From: Epithemia pelagica
Lineage: Eukaryota > Protista > Bacillariophyta
Reading direction: 5' to 3'
DNA length: 64,000 nucleotides
Assembly (NCBI GenBank): GCA_946965045.2
Contig: OX337237.1
Span: 1,550,001 to 1,614,000, forward strand
Below are positions 1 through 10,392 of the stretch, one piece after another (the first letter of the stretch is position 1; each line of letters opens with the position of its first letter). The notes below the pieces were generated by a model. It had not been told where the DNA came from, made no database searches, and saw only the letters and a program-made list of their open reading frames with translations. The translations under genes were made by a program, and so were the position numbers.

Positions 1-316
1 ACTTTCGTAGGCCAACGAAAGTAGAAGGCGTTTCAGATGTGCAAAGCGTTTAGACAATGTATGAATGTGAAGTTGTTCATAACGCTCAAGAGTATTGATC
101 GACTGGCGTTCAGCTCCAACGGTCGGTGCGTCCTGTGTACGTCACAATTCTATGAGAATTATTTTAGTATTCAATTTATTGAAGTGAAAATGGGGGGGGA
201 ATGGGGGAAAAGGCGCGGTTCTAGTTTTCGTTTCGCAGACGCGTAAGGAAGCAAAATCCCGCCAAAACGAAATGTCAGCTCTCAACTTTCGTTTCGTAGA
301 GGCTTAAGGGTCGGCC
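1..316. mobile_element. Terminal part of a PIF/Harbinger-type (Tourist-like) MITE; other end lies outside the window
   Basis: Reverse complement of the end (GGCCGACCCTTAAGCCTCTACGAAACGAAAGTTGAGAGCTGACA) aligns with the right end of the 43787-44275 MITE (GGCCGTTCCTTGATATTCTGCAAAAACAAAAGTTGGAGGGTGACA). Internal blocks (AGTATTCAA...ATGGGG...GCGCGGTT..AGTTTTCGTTT; CTCCAACGGTC) also match. Flanked by TGA at 317-319. Confidence 0.65.
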
Positions 317-603
317 TGACTGGTGACAGCTCTTGGCAAGATCATCGTCAAAGAAATTTTCAGTCTTTTGTTAACAGAACTACCACCACTGTCTCTATCC
401 GTATCGTAGACTCGTTTCTTGTCTCCCTCGCAAGACAGATCATTGTTGGTGTTGATTGTACCAAGAAAGAAGATCGCGGGAAGGTCAAGGTCATGTTTTT
501 GGCGAAAATGACAGTAACGGGGTCATTGGTCTTTCACTATTTGACTTCTTGGTAGAGAGACTGTTTGAGAGACCAGGTGAGCTACAGCAGTGATTGGTAA
601 ACC

Positions 604-2754
604 ATGAGGTGGAAAATAAGTCTACCCGACAGACACGTACTGCTTCGCATTGTCGTGTTGAGTGGAGTGGTACCGTTGATGGTTGGTTGTCTCTTTCTTG
701 GTGCCGTGATAGTTGGTCATGACATCGTGTCGATACAGTTCCTTCCAACAAGCCAAGTGAGAAGGGAATCGCTGGTATTGCTTGCAAGAGATCCCATAAT
801 CCGAGTGATACAGTCGAAAGATTCCTTTCGAGTGGCACGTTTTCGTCAAGTTGCATCCTTTGGAAGAACACCTGTGATCGACTTTTTGGAAGAATCATCC
901 TCCATCCAGTTTCAATCCAATGGAAACTACTATACGAACGGACCAGATCATCACGTCCAAACGGTAGATGATTACCAAGCAGTATCTGCCATCTTGCCAT
1001 CCTCGCCGAATCATGAATCGTCTTCCTTTCTGGACGCCTCACTCTTCCAGAATGGTGCCATATGCTTGGGACCTCTACATTGTAAAAGCTCCACCAAAAT
1101 ACCATCTTCCTTCTTTGGTGAAAATGCATTTCGGACGACTTTCAAGACTCGATGGCTGGAAGGTGTCTATGAACCGTCAAACCAAACCTTATCGAAGAAT
1201 CCTGCTCCTCATTTGAAGTGCACAAGACCAGGTGTTTGGGCTTTCGTTTTGTCGCCACTGGAAGCTCTGGCTGATTCTGCCGTATCCTGGACATCTTTTT
1301 CCTCGACGGTCCAGCAGACAGGTTCGTCATCTCTTCCCTTTCGACCAAACCCTGAGAAACTTGCAAGGGTTCACCATCCAACTGACACGGATACATCGTC
1401 CTCGCCCTTTTGGACACTGTTGACTCGACCGGCCATGGTACTGTTGGTGGCCCTTCAATTGGGATTAGCATTTTGTTATTGGAATTACAAGGTTCCTACC
1501 GGTGCTGTGGCACAGGAATACTCAGTTATTTTAAATGGAGACGCGGCCAGTAACGGTCGCCATTCTCAAGTGTGGAGAATTTTGTCCGGGGCCACGGCTC
1601 ATTTCGAAGTATGGCATCTGGGTGTCAACATGGTTTCCTTCTATAATCTCAGCCTGGGATTGGAGGGCAACCTGTATTCTTCCATTGAATTTCTGGGCAT
1701 GAATCTATCACTGATTGTTTTGGTGGGTGCTGTGTGGTTGGCCTTGCAATACTTCTTTGTGCGGTCCGCACACCGACGACCCACGGTGGGATATTCCGGT
1801 GTCTTGTTTGCCTGGTCCGTAATTCTGACGTTGCAGCAAACTCCAGGAAGCCAAACATGTCCCCTTCCGTTTTTCGAACAAGCGTGTTTCTCCACCATGA
1901 GCATTGGTATGGCCGACCTTTCACTCTCCTTTAGTTGGGCGCCGTGGGTGCAACTCATGGTAGCTCAGGTACTCTTGCCGCGAGTCAGTTGGACGGGACA
2001 TTTGGCAGGTGTACTGGTAGGGTTCGCCGCCATGTGGAGACTATTGCCCTATTTGGCCTTTCCTTCCATTTATTGGCCATTGCTTCATGGTTTGTTCCTC
2101 CGATTTGTGTGTGGCATCGACTGGAAACAACCAAAACTTGTGTATCGGTCCCCGTGGTTTGTAGTGTGCGCAGCAACCTTGTTGACATGCTCCTTGGTCT
2201 ATTCGACTGGTTTTTGTTCACCGGCAACCGTGAGCTTTGCACTCTGGTTTTTGTTTGATTGCTATGTCGATGCATCGGAGTACGATGGAGCCGTGGTTCG
2301 GGCCTACGTTGTGGCGACTGTCTTGAACCTGATTGCTCAGTCCCTCAATGTGGCGACACGGTTGTCATTGGTCGGGCTTTCATTCCAGGTCTTTCCACTG
2401 GTGGGCGTTGTTCAATGGTGGCAATGGATGGTTTACCTGGTCGGTCTATTGCGCGTCATTCCGCGACTCACAACAAGTAGCAGCCTGAGTGACGAAGAAC
2501 CAGGTGGCGGTGGAATCTTTGGACTGATTTTGGGACCATTGCTTAGGGCACATACTCAACCCACCATGTGGGACTATGGAACGAGTTCCTCAAGCTGCTT
2601 GCCGCTGACCTTCCCACAAGAGCACGAACTCGTTTCCACGACACCCACAGTTGACTCTTCCTTGTTTCCAGGAACCGGGCACACCCTGGGAGGTTCTTCC
2701 TCTTCCAAGAACTCCAACAAAAACAGCGGAGCGCATCGCTCCAGGATTGTTTGA
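604..2754 (+). CDS. Rhomboid-family intramembrane serine protease with long N-terminal region, extra C-terminal TM segments and an SHP-box-like motif
   Basis: Motifs FEVWHLGVNM, GYSG (catalytic Ser) and WTGHLAG (catalytic His); multiple hydrophobic helices; FPGTGHTLGG at 2665-2694. Start codon uncertain (604, or ATG at 1435). Confidence 0.85.
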   Translation: MRWKISLPDRHVLLRIVVLSGVVPLMVGCLFLGAVIVGHDIVSIQFLPTSQVRRESLVLLARDPIIRVIQSKDSFRVARFRQVASFGRTPVIDFLEESSSIQFQSNGNYYTNGPDHHVQTVDDYQAVSAILPSSPNHESSSFLDASLFQNGAICLGPLHCKSSTKIPSSFFGENAFRTTFKTRWLEGVYEPSNQTLSKNPAPHLKCTRPGVWAFVLSPLEALADSAVSWTSFSSTVQQTGSSSLPFRPNPEKLARVHHPTDTDTSSSPFWTLLTRPAMVLLVALQLGLAFCYWNYKVPTGAVAQEYSVILNGDAASNGRHSQVWRILSGATAHFEVWHLGVNMVSFYNLSLGLEGNLYSSIEFLGMNLSLIVLVGAVWLALQYFFVRSAHRRPTVGYSGVLFAWSVILTLQQTPGSQTCPLPFFEQACFSTMSIGMADLSLSFSWAPWVQLMVAQVLLPRVSWTGHLAGVLVGFAAMWRLLPYLAFPSIYWPLLHGLFLRFVCGIDWKQPKLVYRSPWFVVCAATLLTCSLVYSTGFCSPATVSFALWFLFDCYVDASEYDGAVVRAYVVATVLNLIAQSLNVATRLSLVGLSFQVFPLVGVVQWWQWMVYLVGLLRVIPRLTTSSSLSDEEPGGGGIFGLILGPLLRAHTQPTMWDYGTSSSSCLPLTFPQEHELVSTTPTVDSSLFPGTGHTLGGSSSSKNSNKNSGAHRSRIV

Positions 2755-3506
2755 ATCCCGTCCCGTTTGTTCACTTCCATGATGTAGACTACAATGTCGA
2801 CGAGGTCGTGGTTCCTTGCGTGCTCACGATTTTGTCATTGTGTGTTTATTTGTTCGTTGAAAATTGTGAGGGCAAACATGGTTTCGTTCTCTTTTTGTTG
2901 GATTTCACGGAATTTAGTTATTTGCCAATGTTGTTGGTTGTCGTCCTCTCGTTTCAATCGCAGGACCATCACAAGGCAGGAATGAAATGGGACTGGATTC
3001 GAGGACGAACGTTAGAGCAACCATCGACAGATCCGTTCAAGAGTGGCATTTTGTTGGTTACTGCTCGACGAAAACTGTTGTCAGAACGAATTTTCGAGAG
3101 CGTTTGCTGGACAAATAGCTTCAATTTTTGTCGAACCTCACGGATTGGGGGATGGACCTCGTCACAATGGGGAATACTTTAGGATCCTATACACACCCGC
3201 GGGTCGCTATGACTGTGTTCAAGGGAAACAAGACTTGAGAAATGACGGGAAATGCTACCTCCTCGCCGATCATGATAGTTGGGGGATGATGGTGTGGACT
3301 CTCCGACTTGCTACTGTCCTAGATATGCATCACGGCCATCAAGAGGCTGATGAATCGTTGACTGCGAGTAAGTTTAGGAAATGTCGTTGGTTGATTAACC
3401 ATGAGAACTAATAAAGTTGTACGGGTGATAGAAATAATACATAAGTCTTCAAGTGTAGGGTACAAAATCGGAATAAGCGCGTGCTCCTGGATTCTGGAGA
3501 GTGATC

Positions 3507-4556
3507 TCATACCGAGCGTCCGGTACTTTCACTCGAGCTATTCACCATATCCGGTGGTATTTCGTCCTCGTCTACTGGTGCAGGTGTCGTTCCGGATAAT
3601 CTTTTCGAGTTTTTCTTTTTCATTGGCTTGGAGGACGGTGTAACTTTGGACTTTCCAAACTGTTGGTGGCTCTCCATAGGGTCTACCCGAAGCATTTCAG
3701 GATTTTGAAGAACCCAGTCCTTCATCTTGGCGGAAGAGTAGGATTCGCAGGTCACAACTTTTCGAATATCGTCGCTGGCCTTGACTTCGTAGGCGTTGAA
3801 GAGAGGCATTGGTGGATTCTTTTGCTTCAAGCCAGCCAACTTGACTTGTTCGTAGTATAACGTACTTGTTATCGTATCTTCAGCGGTGTTCAGTGTGTTG
3901 GTATCGGAAACAACAGAATTGGAGTCTGGAACATCGGCTTCTTCATCCGCTGGATCTCGAATAGGCGTGGCAAAACACAGAGAATTGGCCAACACTGGAT
4001 TGTTGGTCAAAAATCTGGAAAAGGCATCCTTTGGTCGAGGATTCGCTGCAGAGCCATTGCTGTTGTTGTGGCCACTGTTGGGATTCTTTTTCGATCGAAA
4101 GATATCTTCAGGTGTCGTTCTCTTGCGCTTGGGTTGTGTAGGCGTCCGATATTGTGAATTTTGTTGAGGTGGTGGTGGCGCTGTTGCATTGCCATTGGCA
4201 GCCAGTTTGGCCTTGGCGACCGCTTGTGCTTGTTCCAGTGTTAAATCTTCTCTTCTTGATGCGTGTTTTCCAGACGAGGTTGGTTCTGCGGCAACAGTGC
4301 CACCACCGACGCAGTGTACGGCATTGGTCGTTGCCGCGTTGCAGTCAAATAGGGCATCCCATTGTTCTTCTTGCAATTTCATGTTTTTGGTCCGTCTCTT
4401 GGCATCCGGTGTGGCAGGTGCAGGTTGCGATCCAGGCGTTTGTGGTTGTTGTACTGCTGGTGTATCAGCCAAATGCTCCATGTCTCCTGGCCGTAGGCTT
4501 GGCTCACCAAAACAACGGCACAACGAGTCCAGAACAGATTTCATTTTCAGCTCCAT
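3507..4556 (-). CDS. Hypothetical low-complexity protein (~349 aa)
   Basis: Long ORF with ATG at 4556 (MELKMKSVLDSLCRCFG); composition typical of disordered proteins; no recognisable domain. Confidence 0.65.
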   Translation of the reverse strand: MELKMKSVLDSLCRCFGEPSLRPGDMEHLADTPAVQQPQTPGSQPAPATPDAKRRTKNMKLQEEQWDALFDCNAATTNAVHCVGGGTVAAEPTSSGKHASRREDLTLEQAQAVAKAKLAANGNATAPPPPQQNSQYRTPTQPKRKRTTPEDIFRSKKNPNSGHNNSNGSAANPRPKDAFSRFLTNNPVLANSLCFATPIRDPADEEADVPDSNSVVSDTNTLNTAEDTITSTLYYEQVKLAGLKQKNPPMPLFNAYEVKASDDIRKVVTCESYSSAKMKDWVLQNPEMLRVDPMESHQQFGKSKVTPSSKPMKKKNSKRLSGTTPAPVDEDEIPPDMVNSSSESTGRSV

Positions 4557-6832
4557 TTTGAAATCGCGTGATGGGTACAACCCTTAAATCAATCGACAAG
4601 CAATCAACGATTGTCAAAGCCTGTAGTTTGTCAACACAAATTCTCGCAAAAGGACGGCGTTCTCTTCCTCCACTCAAGGCGAAAAGAGAAGAAGAGCCAG
4701 TCCTTTTGCTACTGTTGGCTGCGTGTTCAGAGTTCCTCGTTGATGGTATCAACGATTCGTTCCCTAATACAACCACAACGTCGTCCCCCAATTCAGCAGG
4801 ATCAATAGTCTTGAACACACACACAAATCCCAAGAGAGGCAGCAATCTCGTTGTCCAGAAAGAAAACTTGGTACTTCGTCGGTGGTTTCTGACTCTTGTT
4901 GCCGTATTGGTCGGTTCCCCAAAGTTGCCAAACAAAAAAATAATAGGATGATCGGTGGCTCGTGTAGAGAGAGTCGGCAGCGGAGGGAAATGTTGTGAAG
5001 GAGAGACTTCCCCACTCTTTTTTCCTTTTTATTGGGGCTCTTGTGTGGGTTGGATCGAATTCGGCCGGTCAGCCAGCCAGCGTATTGTCTCCCCTTCGTC
5101 TTTCTCTCTCTGTTGATGTTCTCGCGTGGACCCGGCCGGCGGCACCTGATATACAGTATTGAAAGCATCCATAAGTAACCTTGTTATAGTAATGTATATC
5201 CCATCACCTATGCCTCCTCGTGGTAGTGCTCGTTTCACCCGTTCAAATCGAAAGAGTTCGATAAGTGGAGGTCGTGCTCTTTTACCGGACACCAACAGCC
5301 ATACAAGTGTACGGCCAACGACTTTGGAAGCCGGCCGTTCCAGCTCATAGACAAGGACAAGACTGGTGGTTCTCTTAAAATTTCAGAGTTCCCCTCCGAT
5401 GACGTGACGGACACAACGCGTGGCGTGACCGGCTTTCGCTTTCCGTTGATCCATTGGACAATACACAGGACATGCGTGCAGGACCAGTCTTCCGTCTTTA
5501 TCCTACATCAAGTTAACGGCTGGTCAACTGCCAGTACATAAAAATTCGTTCGGTCACAGTTACAGCAATCCTTAGCAGCACAGCTATAAGCAAAATATAA
5601 GATTCTCATGCAACGGAAACCTAAAACCGCTCAGAAGGTACAAGAGACATTGCAGGAGTTGCACACGCACGCACGAAGGACGGTTCGGACCTTCTTGGCG
5701 CCCTTTCTCGTCTCCCGCCAAAAACCCTGGATTTCCAACGCGAACCACCATGTGGAAGGGGCGGCGGTGTGGTCGCCACTCGGAGGACAAGCACGTCGGC
5801 GGCGCAGCTGCAATTCTCTCACATTTTCGGACCTCGAGAAGGAAACCCACCATTCACGAGCCCTCCTTTTTGTCCTTACCATGATGCCCAACGAAATCGG
5901 ATATCACTAGACATCATCTATTGAATTTCCAATTCGATGAAAAAGAACCAATAACACAAGTTTTCTGGATATCGAGAACCAAGCCCCAAGACGCCAATAC
6001 ACGTCTACAGACTACAGACTGTCGTTTTCAAGGTTGTTGTTGTTGTCGTCGTCGTTGAGTTCGGGATGACGACTGTAACGGTCAGAAAGATGACATGTGC
6101 CGCCAAAGGCCGCATTGACTGCGATTGCTAGCTTGGGTAGCGAACACCAGAGTTAGAGGCAGACGAAGCAGCAATGCCTTACGCATGGATTAGCATGACC
6201 TCTCGTTATCATTTGTCTCGGATAGGTGAACTGGAAAGGTCGAGAAAGCAAACTGGTTTGACGTCCTCCTAGCCATGGACTTGTTATTCCATAGACACCA
6301 CGAATTGCTTTGTTCAAAATTGTCTTGTTGCTGTTGTTCGGTTGTTCGTCTCAATCTATTTCACTTTGCATAGATCTCCGTTGAGATTTTCTCTTGGCTG
6401 AAGAGATCATCCTTCAGATGCTATCCAATCCGTAGGCGTACCCAATCTGCGTTGCAAATAATTCCCCGAGTGGTATCGAGTCGACTCGGGCTTCACATGC
6501 TGGCTTCAATGCACGACTGATAGAAAGGTGTCTCGTTTCGACTTTCGATCAGTTTGAATGGTTGCAACAAAGAGTCAACCCATTGCAGACATCAAATACT
6601 CCAACTGAAGAAATGGAATCGATTTTCGATTTGAATGAAACATCATGGATTGTCATTGGTTCATTCCCGCTTAGCTTCATTCACGAAGTGCATGACGTAA
6701 CCTCTTCACTCTCAGTATAGAGAATCCTGACAGATCTGCAAGAGGTAGACCACCTAGCTTTTCACCAATGTATCAGATCCATTTCGTCCTCCGTGACGGT
6801 GAAACACCGGTGTAGAAGAACCAGGGGAAGCC

Positions 6833-7831
6833 ATGTCTCGTCGAGGTACAGGAGCTCACAAGATGAGCCCACCGGCAGCATCGCTGGAGCAGGTGACGGC
6901 TGGATCACTCAGTTTGGAACAGGAAGAAATGGAGCCGCTTTCGATATCCACGTCCACTTCCTCGTCGGGCAGCGGTGAACCGTCCTCTTCAGGTGTTAGT
7001 GAAACGTCGAAAAATGGGCTTCCGACCAATACTAAGTTCAAACAATGGAAGGAATCCGCCTTCGCGGCAGCCTTTACGGAACCGAACTGGACAGCGGAAG
7101 GCGCATGGACGTGGAATGATGGAGGGGGTCGCAGCCGAAGATCGCGACGAAAAGGTGGAAGTAACAGAGATGGACGTGGTTCGGGTGAAGACTATGCGGA
7201 CGACTATGACAATATCGACACTACCGGCTGCTTATGCTGCTCCTCCTTGTTTTGTTCCTTGCTGGGAGCTCAAAGAATTGGGAACATGGTCGTTTTGAAT
7301 TCATCTATGGAATGGGTGGAAGAAGTGGAAGAAGATCCGGAAACTGGAGAATGCAAAGTTCGACGATACACTCGACCAACTCTACGATGGGTAGTGGGTC
7401 CCTATTGGCCTATGCTACTCTGTGTAACGTATCCACTGATTTTTATCGTTTCTGGATGGGCATACTACACGGCACTTTGGCCGGGTAAAAAGCCGGTGGT
7501 TGTCACTGTCGTGTGGGTGTTGTTGACGGGTGGCTTGATTGTTGCACTGGCCTTGACTGGTTGTCGGGATCCTGGAATCTTGTACCGACATGATTCTCCA
7601 CCGCCACAATTTGAAAACAATTGGCGATGGAGTGACCAAGCACATTCTTATCGTCCTCGAAGTGCCTATTTTGATTCAGATACCGGTGTAGTCGTGGAAG
7701 AATTTGACCATACCTGTCCATGGACTGGAACAGCCATTGGGAAAAAGAATATGATTTGCTTCCAGTTCTTCGTCTGTCTGGTATTTGTCTGCCTTGTGGT
7801 CGACATCTTCCTCATCACGGGAGCATTTTAG
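6833..7831 (+). CDS. DHHC-family palmitoyltransferase-like protein, DHTC variant
   Basis: TM-TM-DPG(I)-...-EEFDHTCPWTGTAIGKKN-TM architecture; DHTC at 7706-7717. Confidence 0.85.
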   Translation: MSRRGTGAHKMSPPAASLEQVTAGSLSLEQEEMEPLSISTSTSSSGSGEPSSSGVSETSKNGLPTNTKFKQWKESAFAAAFTEPNWTAEGAWTWNDGGGRSRRSRRKGGSNRDGRGSGEDYADDYDNIDTTGCLCCSSLFCSLLGAQRIGNMVVLNSSMEWVEEVEEDPETGECKVRRYTRPTLRWVVGPYWPMLLCVTYPLIFIVSGWAYYTALWPGKKPVVVTVVWVLLTGGLIVALALTGCRDPGILYRHDSPPPQFENNWRWSDQAHSYRPRSAYFDSDTGVVVEEFDHTCPWTGTAIGKKNMICFQFFVCLVFVCLVVDIFLITGAF

Positions 7832-8114
7832 AGACAATGTTGACCCTAAGATTCTCGCATGTTTCGTTGGTAATGTCCGCGTTACATCGCATCCATAACA
7901 CTCGTACGTAGATTGCTCTTACTTTACACTGCGTCTACGAGAGAAAGAAGTGTTGAGGTGCGGAATCTCACGATTAAGGGAAAACAAATAGGCGCGTTTG
8001 GGTGTGGCAGAAACTCCACTTTGAGCACAAACACAAGGCGAGAGGAGGTGTTATGGAGCTACGCCTGAAAAATATGCACTCGCTTCTCTACAATACAAAT
8101 ACGGAAAGAAAACC

Positions 8115-8763
8115 ATGGTCGCAAGCATACCCCCCTCGCCAGCATGGAAACGAACATCAACAGGACTGTGTATCACTTCCCCTAGTCATCACAGTGCCGA
8201 AAACGAAGAGATGAGGTCCTTACTGGGCCAATGGAGAAGGCAAATACGCAACAAATACAAAAGATATCTCAAGGAGCTGGGTCGCTCATCACCGGCAGAT
8301 GAGTGCACGGAAACGGAATACACCGACGAAGAGAAGCTCTTCATGAAGTAGGCCTTTGAATGGTTGAAGAAAGATGTACAGGTTTTATGGAGATATACAA
8401 CTCAGCTCGGAAGAGCTACAACTGGAGTACCCAGAGGAACAAATCTTGATCAAGATAGTCTGTCGTCGTTCGCTGTGGCATTGTCCGAGTTTCTCTACGG
8501 ATAGTCCGCGCGAGTGGGAACGTCGAAGTCTAGGAGAAAGCGACTGCGGTGGTTTCAACAGAAACATCTGTCCTTGGAAGGTTTCATTCAAACGAAATCT
8601 GCTCAGAGTGCTCTTTTTCCATTATGCACGAACATTTGCTGCAGTCTGCGTTTCGTTCGAGCCGAGGTTGCGGGAAGCTTCCGTCGGTTGAAGCATTTGA
8701 TGATTGTCGTTCGGTAGAGTTGGGTTACCAGAGTCAAGCCGCAAAAAAATTCGACTTTGCTGA
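8115..8763 (+). pseudogene. Degenerate paralog of the 9655-10392 gene
   Basis: Same-frame matches SPAWKR, KLFMK*AFEWLKKDV (vs KLDMMKKAVERMKQDI) and VGTSKSRRKRLRWFQQKHLSLEGFIQTK (vs VGKSNSIRERLEWFQQKDMSYQDFIQQK). In-frame TAG at 8349-8351 and 8502-8504; frameshifted tail LGYQSQAAKK/IRLC* vs LGYESQTQKKIRLD*. Confidence 0.85.
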
Positions 8764-9243
8764 CAGCACCGTGTTGGGTCTATCGTCGCCATCAAACAAA
8801 ACAGGGTGCACGCATACATGCAATGCATGTTCGTTGTACAAGAGTACATGGTAGTCCAAACTAGTGATTCTCGTTGTTCTTCAATAGCCAAACAAGCTTC
8901 ATCCCGCATGAGGGCTTTTCACTGGTGAGACAAGTGTCCGTACTGGGTAGAGCGGCAATAACCGCACTTGCAAACTTCCCTCTTCCACTGAAGGATGGAA
9001 CCATGCACATTAATATGGAAATAATTCCACAAGAGCATGCCATTGGGAAAAAAAGAAGAAGAGAGATGCGTTCTTTTAATTCTGGCTTGTCGGTTGTCCG
9101 TCGACTTAACGAGCACAACTTGCCGCTCACGGAGGCTCTGCTGCTGTTGTTGTTTTGGTTGTTGGATGGGATGGGGTGTCTGGTATGGATGACGGATGGC
9201 GATGGCGATTGGCGATGGCCCAATCCCAATTCCCAATGCCCAA

Positions 9244-9292
9244 CCCACAACCCACAACCCACAACCCACAACCCACAACCCACAACCCACAA
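9244..9292. repeat. (CCCACAA)7 heptanucleotide microsatellite preceded by GATGGC/CCCAAT-type short repeats
   Basis: Seven perfect units read directly. Confidence 0.95.
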
Positions 9293-9654
9293 AACTGGCA
9301 AGACATTTTTTGCCCTCGATGCAGTGCGAATACGAGTACTCTCGCATATTATTGTACAACAGTACGAGTACTCTCATTATTTCGAACAGCCCCATACACG
9401 TCCAGACGTGGGACTGGCAGGGTGGGTTTCACAAAACCGTCCCCACTCCCCAAATTTTCCGTGGAGTTTTCAATCTTGGTCGGAAATCACAAAATCGAAA
9501 CCCAACCCCGACATCGAACCTTGCGCAAAAATCGAGTCAAAGGAACCACAAAAAGTCTTACAAAAACATACAACCAAACCATAAGTTCTGCCTTCTTGCG
9601 AATCGATATAGAAAACACAGCACAAACAGAAAGAACGAAACAAATACAGGCATC

Positions 9655-10392
9655 ATGATTGAAAGCCTTGCTCTATCACCGGCGTGGAAACGTGAATTAA
9701 GAGGAATGCGTGTCACTTTCCATAGTGACCACAATGCGGGAAAGGAAGCTCAGAGGTCCTTGGTGGGCCAGGCCCTACGACAATGGCAGAAAGAATACAG
9801 GAGAAAGAGGAAATTGTACGAAGAAGTTGAAAAAGAAAAGAAGAAGGTGGCACATGAAAAGGCGAGCATGCCGGAGGAAAAAAAGCTCGACATGATGAAG
9901 AAGGCCGTGGAACGAATGAAACAAGACATTGACGGAATGACAGAGCTATATGACCGAAGTAAAAGGGAAAAGCCAAAGTGTATCACTGTGAAAGACATTT
10001 TGGAAGATCACTCTAGATGTTCTTTCCGGACCGATCTTTCAAAACTTCTAAGCATGGCTCAAGTGGGGAAATCGAACTCTATCAGGGAACGGTTGGAATG
10101 GTTCCAACAGAAAGATATGTCGTATCAAGACTTCATACAACAGAAAAAGTATATGGCGATGAGACTTTGGTGGATGTGTACAAACGATTTCTACCTCCGG
10201 CATTATAATACCCAAGATGTCACCAATTCCTCAGTGTGCCCAGACGAAGTTCGAGCACATCCGGCAAAGTCAGTCGTAGCCGAGAATAATAAGGCCTCTA
10301 AAAAGAGGAACGTATCGACAGCCCTTGAGGAACAAGAGAAAAACGATTTGGGCTACGAGAGTCAAACTCAGAAGAAAATCCGACTTGATTGA
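9655..10392 (+). CDS. Hypothetical 245-aa basic, helical protein with C-terminal KKIRLD (putative NLS); member of a local tandem family
   Basis: ATG at 9655 within ORF 9196-10392 (the upstream part of that ORF is microsatellite read-through); homologous to 8115-8763 and 11502-12383. Confidence 0.8.
   Translation: MIESLALSPAWKRELRGMRVTFHSDHNAGKEAQRSLVGQALRQWQKEYRRKRKLYEEVEKEKKKVAHEKASMPEEKKLDMMKKAVERMKQDIDGMTELYDRSKREKPKCITVKDILEDHSRCSFRTDLSKLLSMAQVGKSNSIRERLEWFQQKDMSYQDFIQQKKYMAMRLWWMCTNDFYLRHYNTQDVTNSSVCPDEVRAHPAKSVVAENNKASKKRNVSTALEEQEKNDLGYESQTQKKIRLD

Noticed and set aside
2751-6780. Short ORFs 2751-3182, 3043-3411, 4568-4951, 5608-5910 and others
   Set aside because: No recognisable motifs or splice-consistent models; cannot be supported as genes.
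8349-8504. TAG reassignment or readthrough explaining the in-frame stops
   Set aside because: TAG terminates normal genes here (7829-7831, 12381-12383), and the copy also has frameshifts.
9244-9292. (CCCACAA)n as a telomere or interstitial telomeric repeat
   Set aside because: Characterised diatom telomeres are TTAGGG-type; the unit differs and the tract is short and internal.
8861-9658. Overlapping ORFs with THNPQP / VVGCGLW repeats
   Set aside because: These are translations of the microsatellite in stop-free frames; there is no other coding signal.
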